Assembly (NCBI GenBank): GCA_038046345.1
Contig: JBBSWJ010000005.1
Coordinates: 1 to 64,000 of the forward strand
Direction of reading: 5' to 3'
DNA: 64,000 nucleotides
Source: Nanobdellota archaeon
GTDB taxonomy: Archaea; Nanobdellota; Nanobdellia; SCGC-AAA011-G17; JACPNG01
The number at the start of each line of letters is the position of its first letter. Position 1 is the stretch's first letter. This document shows positions 39,578 to 49,501 of the stretch, in pieces. The notes under the pieces were generated by a model that saw nothing but the letters and a program-made list of their open reading frames with translations, was not told the origin of the DNA and did not search any database. A program made the translations under genes and the position numbers.

Positions 39578-39603
39578 AAACTCGGAATCAATTTATTGAT
39601 CCT
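39578..39603 (-). other. 26-nt BHB intron in 23S (about 2477/2478, H89)
   Basis: Central helix GCUC/GAGU; bulges AA|A and UU|A; stem GGAUCAAU/AUUGAUUCC. Confidence 0.88.
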
Positions 39604-42097
39604 TTGAGCTCTTAGGCGCTACAACTCAATTATGCCCGAGATAGCTTTTCTGTCATGTCTAGCCCCCATCAATGAGGACATAGAAGTTCGCTAGGCCATA
39701 CTTTCGTACCTGAATCCCGTATTGTTTGGAATCCAGTCAAGCCAGCTTTTGCCCTTGCACTCCACAGAGAATTTCTAAATCTCTTGAGCTGACCTTTGGG
39801 CCCTACTGATATCCTTTCAGCAGGGTCCCGCCCCAGGCAAACTATCCGCCAGTAGTTGTCTTTCATTACTGAAGTAAGTAATATAGAATACAGAGGGTAG
39901 TATCTCACTTTTGCCTAAACGTACACTGGCGTGCACGCATCAACAGCTCCTACCTATTCTTAACACCATACTCCATACCACAGCTACAAGCTATAGTAAA
40001 GTTCTACGGGGTCTTCGCTTCCCACTGGAATTCTCTGGCCTTTGCACCAGAATAGTGTGTTCGGGAGGTTCTACGTAAAGACAGTGGATACCTCGTTACG
40101 CCATTCATGCAAGTCGTCAATCAAACGACAAGGTATTACGCTACCTTAAGAGAATTATAGTTATTCCCGCCGTTTACACGCTCTTAGCCCCCTTGAAAAG
40201 GAGTTTAAAGTACATGCACTGGGCAGACGTCACCTCCTATACAAACCATTACTGGCTAGCAGGAAGTTTCGTTTTTGTTAAACAGTCGGGCATCCTTAGT
40301 TATTGAATCCTGTACTCGCAACTAAAAGCTACAAGCGCAGGAACCCCTTATGCCGAAGTCACAGGGCCAATATTGCCGATTTCCTTTACGTAAATTACCC
40401 CTCTCATACCTTAGGCTACTAACCCAGGGCACCTGTGCTGGTTCTGGATACGGTTATTTATGATCCTTCCATATTGTTTTTTCACGGGCTCAAGGCATCT
40501 ACCCAATCAACATACATTGACTATTCTCAGCTTTTCTCAGGTTCTCATCATGACAATTCTCCCCTGACATATGCTAATTAACAACCATGTCTATGATTGT
40601 GGGTATAGCCCAAAGCAGCAACAATAAGGCTTTCGTCGCCGAATGTACATAAATAGTACTGGAATATTAACCAGTTTGCCTCTTCCCGCACGTCAATTTA
40701 TGAGTGCAGTTAGGTCCGACTAACTCTTAGCTGAACTGCAGTGCTAAGAAAACCTTGCCCTTTCGGTATTAGAGAGTCTCACTCTATATAGGTCCTACTA
40801 CCACCGGGATTCTTATTCGTACACGGTCCATTTACTTTCACAAGTATACTTCCATCCATGCACGACACCTATCTACCACCTTGCTTTACAGCAAGTCTGA
40901 AGTATCGGTCGTCAGTTTAGCCCCGTTAATTTTCAGGGCATAATACCTTGACGGGTGAGCTATTACGCTTTCTTTAGAGGATGGCTGCTTCTAAGCCAAC
41001 CTCCCCGCTGTCTCTGGTATTACACACCATTCACCCTTTCACACTTAACTGACAGTTAGGGACCTTAACTTCAGGCTGGGATGTTCCCCTTTTGGGACAC
41101 ACGCTTACCGCGCGCCCCTGCTTCCCGCCTTCTACGACGCATTGACATTTGGAGTTGAACAAGAGTGAGAGGAATTTCTTCCCTTAACATTCTAATCCGT
41201 AGCTCTACAACCAATGCTATCTCGAGCGAGACTATTCTGCGGCATATTTCGATAGGAACAGGCTATTAGCAAACTCGATTGGCTTTTCACCCCTAATCCC
41301 AAATCATAAGAGCACATGCACGTAGCACCTCTTCAGGCCTCCACCTCGTATCACCAAGGCTTCACCTTGCTCAGGATTAGATCGTCTGCTTTCCGGTCAG
41401 ACCCCCATGACTTAAGGCGCTTTCACACCTCGCTCCTCGCAAGCTGCGAGCATTTGCTTTCGCTCAGCATTCGTACTAAAAGTACTTACGCTCGCCATGA
41501 AGATCAACTCCCCGGCCCGTTATTCAAAACGTACGGTGCAACTCATGCTGCACCATTCTATAACCGTAAGGTTTCAGGAACTTTTCACACCCTATCAGAG
41601 GTACTTTTCAATGTTCCATCACTGTACTATTTGCTATCGGACTTAAAACATATTTAGCCTTAGAAGTTGATGCCTCCTAAATTCCTGCTCAATATCCAAT
41701 GAACAGTACTATGGATACTTGTAAATCTTTCACGATTATCCTACGGGGCTATCACCCTGTGTCGCATACCATTCCAGATAACTTTAGATAAACATGTTAA
41801 GATGAAAAACAAGTCCAAACACCACATGTTGCTTCTTTTTCAAGAAGTAATTCGGTTTAGGCTATACGGATTTCGCTCGCTGTTACTCACCGCATCTCAA
41901 TTGATTTCTTTTCCTGCGGGTACTAAGACGCTTCAGTTCCCCGCGTTATACATCCTCTCGGATTTAATAGGAAGTCCTATTCGGGAATCATTGGTTCGTA
42001 GGCTGCATGCGCCTCGCCAATGCATTTCGTAGCTTGCCACGCCCTTCATCTTTGTTTTTAAGCCGAATCATCCACCTTACGGCGTAATGACCTATAA

Positions 42098-42125
42098 TTA
42101 CACACAATACCTATACACGATATCA
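42098..42125 (-). repeat. 23S processing stem, 5' arm
   Basis: Inverted repeat of 39068-39091. Confidence 0.75.
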
Positions 42126-42223
42126 TTAAATGAATATTTCATCTGTCCTAAGACTATGATATCCTTCACCCACAACAATTCAGTTTGTGAGTTGCACTAT
42201 TTCATTAAAAAATGAATATGATA

Positions 42224-42331
42224 TGGACCCGTCGGGAAAATCGACGATCCAAGATGTCTAATGCAAATCGTTTTCGAACCCGAGGCCCCTACCTTGCAAG
42301 GGTAATGCTCTACCAGCTGAGCTACGGGCCC
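42224..42331 (-). tRNA. tRNA-Ala(UGC) with 35-nt T-loop intron; CCA not encoded
   Basis: GGGCCCG/CGGGTCC acceptor stem; anticodon loop CTTGCAA; T-stem TCGGG/CCCGA; located in the 16S-23S spacer. Confidence 0.93.
42238..42272 (-). other. 35-nt non-canonical tRNA intron at position 59/60
   Basis: Removal restores T-loop UUCGAAU; stem ACGAUUU/GGAUCGU; 3-nt bulges. Confidence 0.85.
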
Positions 42332-43124
42332 AAACAATTGGATTGACTGTACGAGATTAATTTCAGTGATTAGAATAGTAAAAAAAATAGGAGGTGATCC
42401 ACCTGCAGGTTCCCCTACAGGTACCTTGTGACAACTTACCCCACCTTACTGAATCTAGGTTCGAATACACCATAAAGGTATATGCTCACCTAAATCCTGC
42501 TCGGTTGGATTGATGGGCGGTGTGTGCAAGGCACGTTGACGTATTCACCGGACCCTGATGAGATCCGATTACTAGGAATTCTGGCTTCATGAGGGTGAAT
42601 TGCAACCCTCAATCCGAACTGAGATAGGGTTTAGAGGATTGACTTCTCCTTTCGGAGTTGTAGCCCATTGTCCCTACCATTATAACGCGCGTGTAGCCCA
42701 GAAGATTCGAGCCATACTGACCTGTCATTGCCTACACCTTCCTCCCACTTACGCGGGCAGTCTCTATAGTGTGCACAATCATCCCGGAGGACTTGTTAGC
42801 AACTGTAGATGTAGATCTTGTTCGTTAACTGACTTAACAGTACATTTTACAACACGAACTTACGACGGCCATGCAACATCTCTCGGCTTGTTAGGTACGC
42901 CCTTCAGACGGACCTTCATCCTGCCATCGCCTCTGGTGAGGTTCTCCGCGTGGAATTGAATTAAACCGCACGTTCCACTCCTTGTAGCGCGCCCCCGCCA
43001 ATTCTTTTAAGTTTCAGTCTTGCGACCGTACTACCCAGGCGGCGGATTTAACACCTTCGCTACAGCACTGCACGATCACTTAGAACATGCAATACTTAAT
43101 CCGCAGAGTTTACGGCTAGGACTA

Positions 43125-43155
43125 TTCCCGGTGATATATTATTTATCACATCACT
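43125..43155 (-). other. 31-nt BHB-like intron in 16S (about 800/801)
   Basis: Central helix CCCG/CGGG; bulges AG|A and AA|U; stem GUGAUGU/AUAUCAC. Confidence 0.85.
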
Positions 43156-43162
43156 CTCGGGT

Positions 43163-43194
43163 ATTTAGCAAATATTAGATAACTAAATATTTGT
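43163..43194 (-). other. 32-nt BHB intron in 16S (about 793/794, 790 loop)
   Basis: Central helix UUAG/CUAA; bulges AU|A and AU|A; 8-bp stem CAAAUAUU/AAUAUUUG. Confidence 0.88.
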
Positions 43195-43447
43195 ATCTAA
43201 TCCGGTTTGCTCCCCTAGCTTTCATTCCTCACCGTCAGATCCGTTCTAGACACGTGCCTTCGCCATTGGTCGTCTTCCAAGGATTATCACATTTAACCGC
43301 TCCCCAAGGAATACGCATGTCTTCTCCCGGTCTCTAACTACAGAGTGACCCTTGCACGCTGTCATATTAATGATGACAATTTCACAAAGGACTATTGTAG
43401 TCGGCTACGAATACTTTAGGCCCAATAATCGTGATCGCCACTTGTGG

Positions 43448-43486
<39 letters not shown>

Positions 43487-44111
43487 CCACTTATTCGCCA
43501 AGCTATTTACACTTGGCAAAAGCCTACCCGGAGGTAAGCACTTAGGTTTCCCTTGTCACGCTTTCGCGCATTGCAAAGAATCCTTGCCTGCTGCACTCCT
43601 TAGAGCTAGGGCCCTTATCTCAGTGCCCTTCTCGGGGCTAAGACTCTCATCTCCCCTACTGATCTATGCCTTGGTGGGCCATTACCTCACCAACAAGCTA
43701 ATCAGCCGCAGTCCTATCCTAAGGCGTTTCCTTTCATGAAAGACACATTCCAGTTATCTTTCAATATCCAGGTTTACTCTCAATTTCTCGAGACTATCCT
43801 GAACCTTAGGGCAAGTTAACTACGTGTTACTGAGCCTTTTGCCGGTGCTTCCGAAGAAGCCCCTTGACTTGCATGGCTTACTGAAACCTAATAGCAGCGA
43901 TCTCCCGCAAGATCAACGGGAATTATTTTGGTCGCATAAAATTGGAAATTTTTGTAATACTTTACTACTCATAACCATTGCTGCTTTATCTCGTACATCA
44001 TACTTAATACTTCTGATTAAGTATTCACGTATTATATCACTAAAGTGATATTTTAAGAAGATTAAAAACTATGCTCAATCTTCATTAAGTGAAACAAGTG
44101 TTGGCATCTAG

Positions 44112-44127
44112 CTTATAAATATTTCTG
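44112..44127 (-). promoter_or_regulatory. candidate rRNA operon promoter (BRE-TATA)
   Basis: Minus strand CAGAAA-TA-TTTATAAG, about 190 nt upstream of 16S. Confidence 0.5.
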
Positions 44128-44167
44128 TTCATGTGCTATAGCATGATAAACGAAAAATTAGTTTGGG

Positions 44168-44203
44168 CCTGACTTTCAATTTCGTATAACATACGAAGTC
44201 AGG
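44168..44203. terminator. hairpin downstream of the AbrB-like gene
   Basis: CCTGAC...TTCGTAT-AAC-ATACGAA-GTCAGG inverted repeat; function uncertain. Confidence 0.35.
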
Positions 44204-44231
44204 TAAAAGATATTCGTATCCAAAACTGCTT

Positions 44232-44489
44232 TCATTTCCTAGCTTTCTTTATGGCACTTTCAACATCAGCTTTGGTTATACCTTTCTCCTTGGCGAATTG
44301 CTGCGTTTTTTGAAGCAGTTTATCAAAGTTTTTGAATGAAGGCATCGTTACTTTTTTTAGTATGACTGTATCATCTTCTCCAACAACTACAAATTTTTCC
44401 CCTTCCTTTAAGCCTAATTGCTCCCTTATATCCAAAGGTATAACTACCTGCCCTCTTGAGCTCATGCTTGTTATTTCCAATCTTTGCAT
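44232..44489 (-). CDS. AbrB/MazE/SpoVT-family DNA-binding protein
   Basis: MSSRGQVVIPLDIREQLGLKEGEKF. Confidence 0.9.
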   Translation of the reverse strand: MQRLEITSMSSRGQVVIPLDIREQLGLKEGEKFVVVGEDDTVILKKVTMPSFKNFDKLLQKTQQFAKEKGITKADVESAIKKARK

Positions 44490-44661
44490 TTTGTTTGCCT
44501 CCTTGATAAGAATATCTTATTAGTAAGAGTATCTTATATGTAAATGCTGTGCTTTGGGGGATGTAGCACAATCTGTATTGGTTAGCAGGAAACTAAACCT
44601 AATTTTGTCCCTCAGCCCAATCACAAGAAATACTTATAAGTTATAAAAAATATGCATACTA

Positions 44662-45339
44662 ATGCTTACCCCAATAATCCTTGCTTGTCTTCTGTCAATA
44701 GCGCATATTTTCAGCGAAAAAATAAGTAGTGCCATTGAAGAATATCACGAAAAGATATTAAGTTTTAATTCAGGATTGTTCATTGCGTTTTTATTTTTAT
44801 TTTTAATACCTGGAGCAATTAAAGAAAGTCTAAACTTAAAAAATGTATTTTATTACATGCTTACTGGGTTAGTTGCGTTTCATTTGGCAGAAAAATATTT
44901 GTATCAACATATTAGACATAAAAAAGAACTTATGAAAGAACTTGCATGGCTGCACATTATAGGCTTCTTTATTGATTATTTTGTTATTGGATTAGTTTTG
45001 TCATTAACGTTTATCACGGAAAAAGAACTAACTTTTTTAATATTTTTACCTTTTTTGCTGCATACAGTTTCTTCATCATTTTCCCTAGAGCACATTACTG
45101 AAAGATTTAACAATAAGCTACTAAAAATGTTATTGTCAATAGCTACAATAATAGGTGCAATTGCCGGACTTTTTTTACAGCTTACAAAAGCTATACTGCC
45201 TTTAATATATCCAGTGTCAGTTGGAATATTAATTTACATTACTATGAGGGACATGATACCCAAAGGTAAGGATAAAAACCCATTATTATTCTTGATCGGT
45301 GTTATGATAACTGTATCAGTGTTTATAATCACTAACTAA
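44662..45339 (+). CDS. multi-TM membrane protein, ZIP-like metal transporter
   Basis: About 8 TMs; conserved-looking His residues (AFHLAE, LHIIG, LLHTVS); GILIYITMRDMIP. Confidence 0.55.
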   Translation: MLTPIILACLLSIAHIFSEKISSAIEEYHEKILSFNSGLFIAFLFLFLIPGAIKESLNLKNVFYYMLTGLVAFHLAEKYLYQHIRHKKELMKELAWLHIIGFFIDYFVIGLVLSLTFITEKELTFLIFLPFLLHTVSSSFSLEHITERFNNKLLKMLLSIATIIGAIAGLFLQLTKAILPLIYPVSVGILIYITMRDMIPKGKDKNPLLFLIGVMITVSVFIITN

Positions 45340-46390
45340 TCTTCTTAAGCGAATAAAGCACTTTTTCAAAGACAGAGTAAGCATATTTTAGTTCTTGAAC
45401 GCTGGTCAATTGGCTTATGCTTAATCTTAACGCGCTTTTAATTCGCTCCTCAGGCAAATTCATAGCTAACAGGACATGGCTTGGCTTCTGTTCTCTGGCC
45501 GAACAAGCACTCCCAGAACTAACAAAAACTTTTTTATGCGATAGATGTTGTAACATATCCATGCTTAGAACACCAAATGATATATTTAACAATCCATGTA
45601 CACTCTTTTTTGGAGTATTAACCACCCCAAGAGCCCTGAATCTTTCAAATTCTTTTAATACTTTGGAAGAAATAGGAGAATAATTTTGAATAGCTTTTGC
45701 AAAACCAGCAATTCCAGGGACATTTTGTGTACCAGCACGTAACCCAAACTCTTGAGAACCAGCAATTAAAGATTTTGCTTTAGTAGGATCATTCACGAAC
45801 ACAGCACCAACTCCTTTTGGTCCGTGAATCTTATGAGCGCTAATAGTAAGAAAATCAACAGGAATCTTCTTCACGTTAAAATCTAGCTTACAAAAACTCT
45901 GAACTATATCAGTATGAAACAGAGCTTTACAATCACGAGCCACATCATTCCAGTATTTTATATCTTGAATAGCACCTACCTCGTTATTAACATGAATAAC
46001 AGATATTAATCCCGTGCCTAGCTGAGGTTCATATTCCTTAACGAAACATTCTTTATCAACGGGTAAAAGTTTATAATTGCATTCTTTGCCTGGATCAAGT
46101 AATGACTTATGTTCAACAGCGCTCATTAAAAGTTTTTTATTTCTTGGAACTTGTTTTATAATAAAATTATTCCCTTCAGAACCGCAAGAAGTAAAAATAA
46201 TCTGATCAGCATTAGCATTAATCTTTTTTGCAACAACTTCTCTAGATCTTTCCAGAGCATCTGCTGCTACTTCACCTAAACGATGCATTGAAGAAGGATT
46301 GCCAAACTTTTCATTGAAAAAAGGAAGCATGGATTCTACCACTGATTTTGTTACAGCAGTAGTAGAAGCACTATCAAGATAAGCTTGCAT
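45332..46390 (-). CDS. iscS: cysteine desulfurase (IscS/NifS)
   Basis: YLDSASTT; FGNPSSMH; NNEVG; SAHKIHGPKG; SSGSACS; ATG 46390 preferred. Confidence 0.93.
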   Translation of the reverse strand: MQAYLDSASTTAVTKSVVESMLPFFNEKFGNPSSMHRLGEVAADALERSREVVAKKINANADQIIFTSCGSEGNNFIIKQVPRNKKLLMSAVEHKSLLDPGKECNYKLLPVDKECFVKEYEPQLGTGLISVIHVNNEVGAIQDIKYWNDVARDCKALFHTDIVQSFCKLDFNVKKIPVDFLTISAHKIHGPKGVGAVFVNDPTKAKSLIAGSQEFGLRAGTQNVPGIAGFAKAIQNYSPISSKVLKEFERFRALGVVNTPKKSVHGLLNISFGVLSMDMLQHLSHKKVFVSSGSACSAREQKPSHVLLAMNLPEERIKSALRLSISQLTSVQELKYAYSVFEKVLYSLKKIS

Positions 46391-46440
46391 TTGCTTGATA
46401 TAACAAATAGTATTTAAATAAGTTTCTTTTAAAAAAATCA

Positions 46441-47049
46441 ATGATGCGCGCAAAAAAACTAAGTAATGATGTGTGGGAGCTGTCCGGAGGATTACAACCA
46501 AGCTCAAATGTATATTATATTAAGTCCATGCAATTGCTAATAGACTTAGCAAGCGAAAAAAATAAAGCAGACTTATTACAGCAGCTAGAGTTCATAAATG
46601 TAAAAGTTGAAGATATTAAGATCATTATTCTAACACACTTTCACTTTGACCACATTGGCAACTCAAAACTATTTAAACACGCAAAATTCTATGCTTCAGA
46701 AGATGAAATTATTAGCTATAGATTTGCACCAAGAAAAACAACTGGTAGCACTGGAAAAGAAATAGAAGGAATAAACATAAAAAAAATACCTGAAAGAATA
46801 GGTATTCTAAAAATCATTAAAACTCCAGGGCATACTAGAGGTTCTATATGCATACTCAAAGAAGATGATAAAATATTATTTACCGGAGATACATTATTTC
46901 GAAATGGAGCGGTTGGTTGCACCAAACTACCAACATCTGTACCAAAAAAGATGGAAGAATCATTAAAAACTTTGTTAGCTATCCCACACAACGAATTAGG
47001 ACCGGGGCACAATCTTGAAGATGGACTTATACTACAACAACATCATTAA
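46441..47049 (+). CDS. metallo-beta-lactamase-fold hydrolase
   Basis: THFHFDH; TPGHTRGS; FTGDTLF; PGH. Confidence 0.9.
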   Translation: MMRAKKLSNDVWELSGGLQPSSNVYYIKSMQLLIDLASEKNKADLLQQLEFINVKVEDIKIIILTHFHFDHIGNSKLFKHAKFYASEDEIISYRFAPRKTTGSTGKEIEGINIKKIPERIGILKIIKTPGHTRGSICILKEDDKILFTGDTLFRNGAVGCTKLPTSVPKKMEESLKTLLAIPHNELGPGHNLEDGLILQQHH

Positions 47050-47473
47050 TTATAACGAATTATACGGAGAAGAACAAGAACAAAAACTTAAGATTATTAA
47101 AGAATATTTCGGAGAGTGTAAAGTACTTGACGTAGGATGCGGAACATTATTATCTAAAAAATATTTCAAAGATGTAACAGGAATAGATCCAACTGGAATA
47201 CCGCCAGCAATAAAAGGTGTTGCTGAATCGCTGCCATTTAAAGATAAAGAATTTGATTTGGTAATTTGTGTAACGGTTTTACACAATGTAAACAATCCTG
47301 AAAAAGCTATACAAGAATTAAAACGAGTAAGCAAGGGAAAGATAGCAATAACATTACTAAAAAAAAGCAGTAAACTTCAATGTTTAAAAGAATTAACAGA
47401 AAAGTACTTTAAAAAATTTAAAATGATAGAGGAAAAAAAAGATATCATATATCTAATCAAATATTCTGAATAG
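47021..47473 (+). CDS. class I SAM-dependent methyltransferase
   Basis: VLDVGCGT; GID; AESLPFKDKEFD. Confidence 0.85.
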   Translation: MDLYYNNIINYNELYGEEQEQKLKIIKEYFGECKVLDVGCGTLLSKKYFKDVTGIDPTGIPPAIKGVAESLPFKDKEFDLVICVTVLHNVNNPEKAIQELKRVSKGKIAITLLKKSSKLQCLKELTEKYFKKFKMIEEKKDIIYLIKYSE

Positions 47474-49288
47474 CTTTCCCTTTTCATTATCTTTCTCTTC
47501 TGAGTCACGCTTGCCCATCTGTGTTTCAGACTCTTTAATTTGTTTCAGCATTTGTTCTCTATAATCTTTTAATGCCTCTTCACGGCTAGCAAACTTGATA
47601 GAAGAAACAGGGTTTAATGCTGACTCAGCTTTTTTCTTTTTCAAAATTGAGATGTACTTAGCTTCTTTACGCATTTTCTTATGAGCGATTATCTCTAATC
47701 TTTTCCTTCGTTTGAACATGGCAAGAAGAGCGTAAACTACTAATCCGATAACAGCTATAAACAGGATCCATGATAAAAAGCCACTATTACTAACTGAGCT
47801 TGTCCCGTCTACATAAACAGCAGGAAAGTTTTTAACGAAATCACCGCTTACAACATCAATGTCATATACCCCCGTTACAACATTCCTACCTAAAGGAAAA
47901 ATAACCTCTTGATTTGTTGTTAAACTGGTTTTTTTGACAGCAACAATTGAGTCATCATAACTAATCCTTATTGGACGGTCATAAACAGTATTGCCTTTGT
48001 TTATAATAACTAAATTCTGACCTGATAAAAAAATATCAAGCAATTCAAGTGTTTCAATAAAAAAACTACTTAATTTTGATATGCCTCCCACTTCTGCTTG
48101 CACTGAAAACTCTCCTGGATTGGCATCTGCAGGCAGGGTAAATAATAAAGGTTTGTTAGCATCAACAACTTCACGGATAACCAGCTTGCTTCTAGAATCA
48201 CGAAGTGAAATAGTTACTGCCTCATCAAGTGGATCACCAGCCTGGTCATATACTAATGGAGTAATCTCAATAGTTTCTCCAGGTAAGATTTGATTGGCGC
48301 TTAAATCTATAGTAAGCTCGTTTAGTTTTGCAATAACTTCCATAACAACATCAACAACACCATTATTGCCAAAATCATCTACAATTCTAACTTCCGCTGT
48401 ATGTTTGCCAGAAGCTATATCAGATGGAACTATCAGCTCATATGAATAAACTCCACCTTCAATGATAGTATTAAATGTCTCATTCATAAAACGTATAACT
48501 ACAGTACCATCTAGTATCTCTTCTTGTAATGTTGTTTTAGCATCACCAAAAATCTTTATCTTATCGCCAGGGTAAACTTGTGTTTTACTAAGGGATGCAG
48601 ATGCATACAGATCACTAACAAAGGTAAAGGATGCGACATCTTCAAAATTTTTGTTATTCCCATAAATATCTCTAACATTTAAATCAATATTATAAATTCC
48701 GGCAGGGATTCTATTTCCAACAAAAGTATAGATTAAATCACCATCAGAAAAACTAGCGACATCAACAAAGAATTTTGAGTTGTTATCAGAAAAATAAATA
48801 CTAACAGCACCAGAAGTATCTAAACCATTCAGCTTGGATATTGTACCTGTTAAAACTATGCTATCCCCAGCTTGTACGATATCTTTATCAACAAAAAAAG
48901 ATCCTTGTAAATCTTTAGTTACTAAAAAATTATTTGATGCTGCAGACTCTACAACTTGGTTGCCTTCAACTAATGAAAATTCCAAAAAACATGTACCTTC
49001 CATTTCAGTACTTACAACAATTTTTGATATAGCAAAATCTTGAGGGAACGTCTTTTTTTCTCTGCCATCTAAAGAAATTGCTGTCATTGGAAGATCAAAA
49101 TAAGTAGCTCCGCAATTAATGCTTGGTTTTAATACACCATCAAAATCTGTTTCTCTTGACACATAACCAGATATTTCAATTTGGTCACCAAGATTATACA
49201 CACTTTGATCTGGAGCGTTTAAGCTAATTATAGCAGCTACAGATGGAATTAATATCAATAAGAACACCAACAATCCTGCTTTTTTCAT
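47453..49288 (-). CDS. large cell-surface protein with Ig-like beta repeats and C-terminal TM anchor
   Basis: Signal peptide; repeated beta-rich segments (YNLGDQI, VQAGDSI, VYPGDKI, ILPGETI); TM then basic tail. Confidence 0.7.
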   Translation of the reverse strand: MKKAGLLVFLLILIPSVAAIISLNAPDQSVYNLGDQIEISGYVSRETDFDGVLKPSINCGATYFDLPMTAISLDGREKKTFPQDFAISKIVVSTEMEGTCFLEFSLVEGNQVVESAASNNFLVTKDLQGSFFVDKDIVQAGDSIVLTGTISKLNGLDTSGAVSIYFSDNNSKFFVDVASFSDGDLIYTFVGNRIPAGIYNIDLNVRDIYGNNKNFEDVASFTFVSDLYASASLSKTQVYPGDKIKIFGDAKTTLQEEILDGTVVIRFMNETFNTIIEGGVYSYELIVPSDIASGKHTAEVRIVDDFGNNGVVDVVMEVIAKLNELTIDLSANQILPGETIEITPLVYDQAGDPLDEAVTISLRDSRSKLVIREVVDANKPLLFTLPADANPGEFSVQAEVGGISKLSSFFIETLELLDIFLSGQNLVIINKGNTVYDRPIRISYDDSIVAVKKTSLTTNQEVIFPLGRNVVTGVYDIDVVSGDFVKNFPAVYVDGTSSVSNSGFLSWILFIAVIGLVVYALLAMFKRRKRLEIIAHKKMRKEAKYISILKKKKAESALNPVSSIKFASREEALKDYREQMLKQIKESETQMGKRDSEEKDNEKGKLFRIFD

Positions 49289-49501
49289 GGGATAAAATAA
49301 TTAAATACTATATAAATAGTTTACTATACTAAAATTGCTGTGAACCGATATAAAGCTAAGTTTCAGACCAGCCGAATAACCATGTAGAACGCTTAAAGGT
49401 GCCGATCTTTTAATAAGCTAGATCAGTCAATAAAGAGGATTATTACCAAAACAGTTTTGATGCACAGGTAAGTTTAAATATTTGCTTGAAATAAAAAAAT
49501 T

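Larger units (their letters stand above)
39100..42093 (-). rRNA. rrl: 23S rRNA (ends approximate; three mini-introns)
   Basis: Reverse complement contains P-loop, A-loop, GAUGUCGGCUC and GAGCUGGGUU...GUGAGACAG segments. Confidence 0.97.

Noticed and set aside
39436-43194. Homing endonuclease or group I/II introns in the rRNA insertions
   Set aside because: The insertions are only 26-53 nt, have no ORF or ribozyme core, and are explained by BHB motifs
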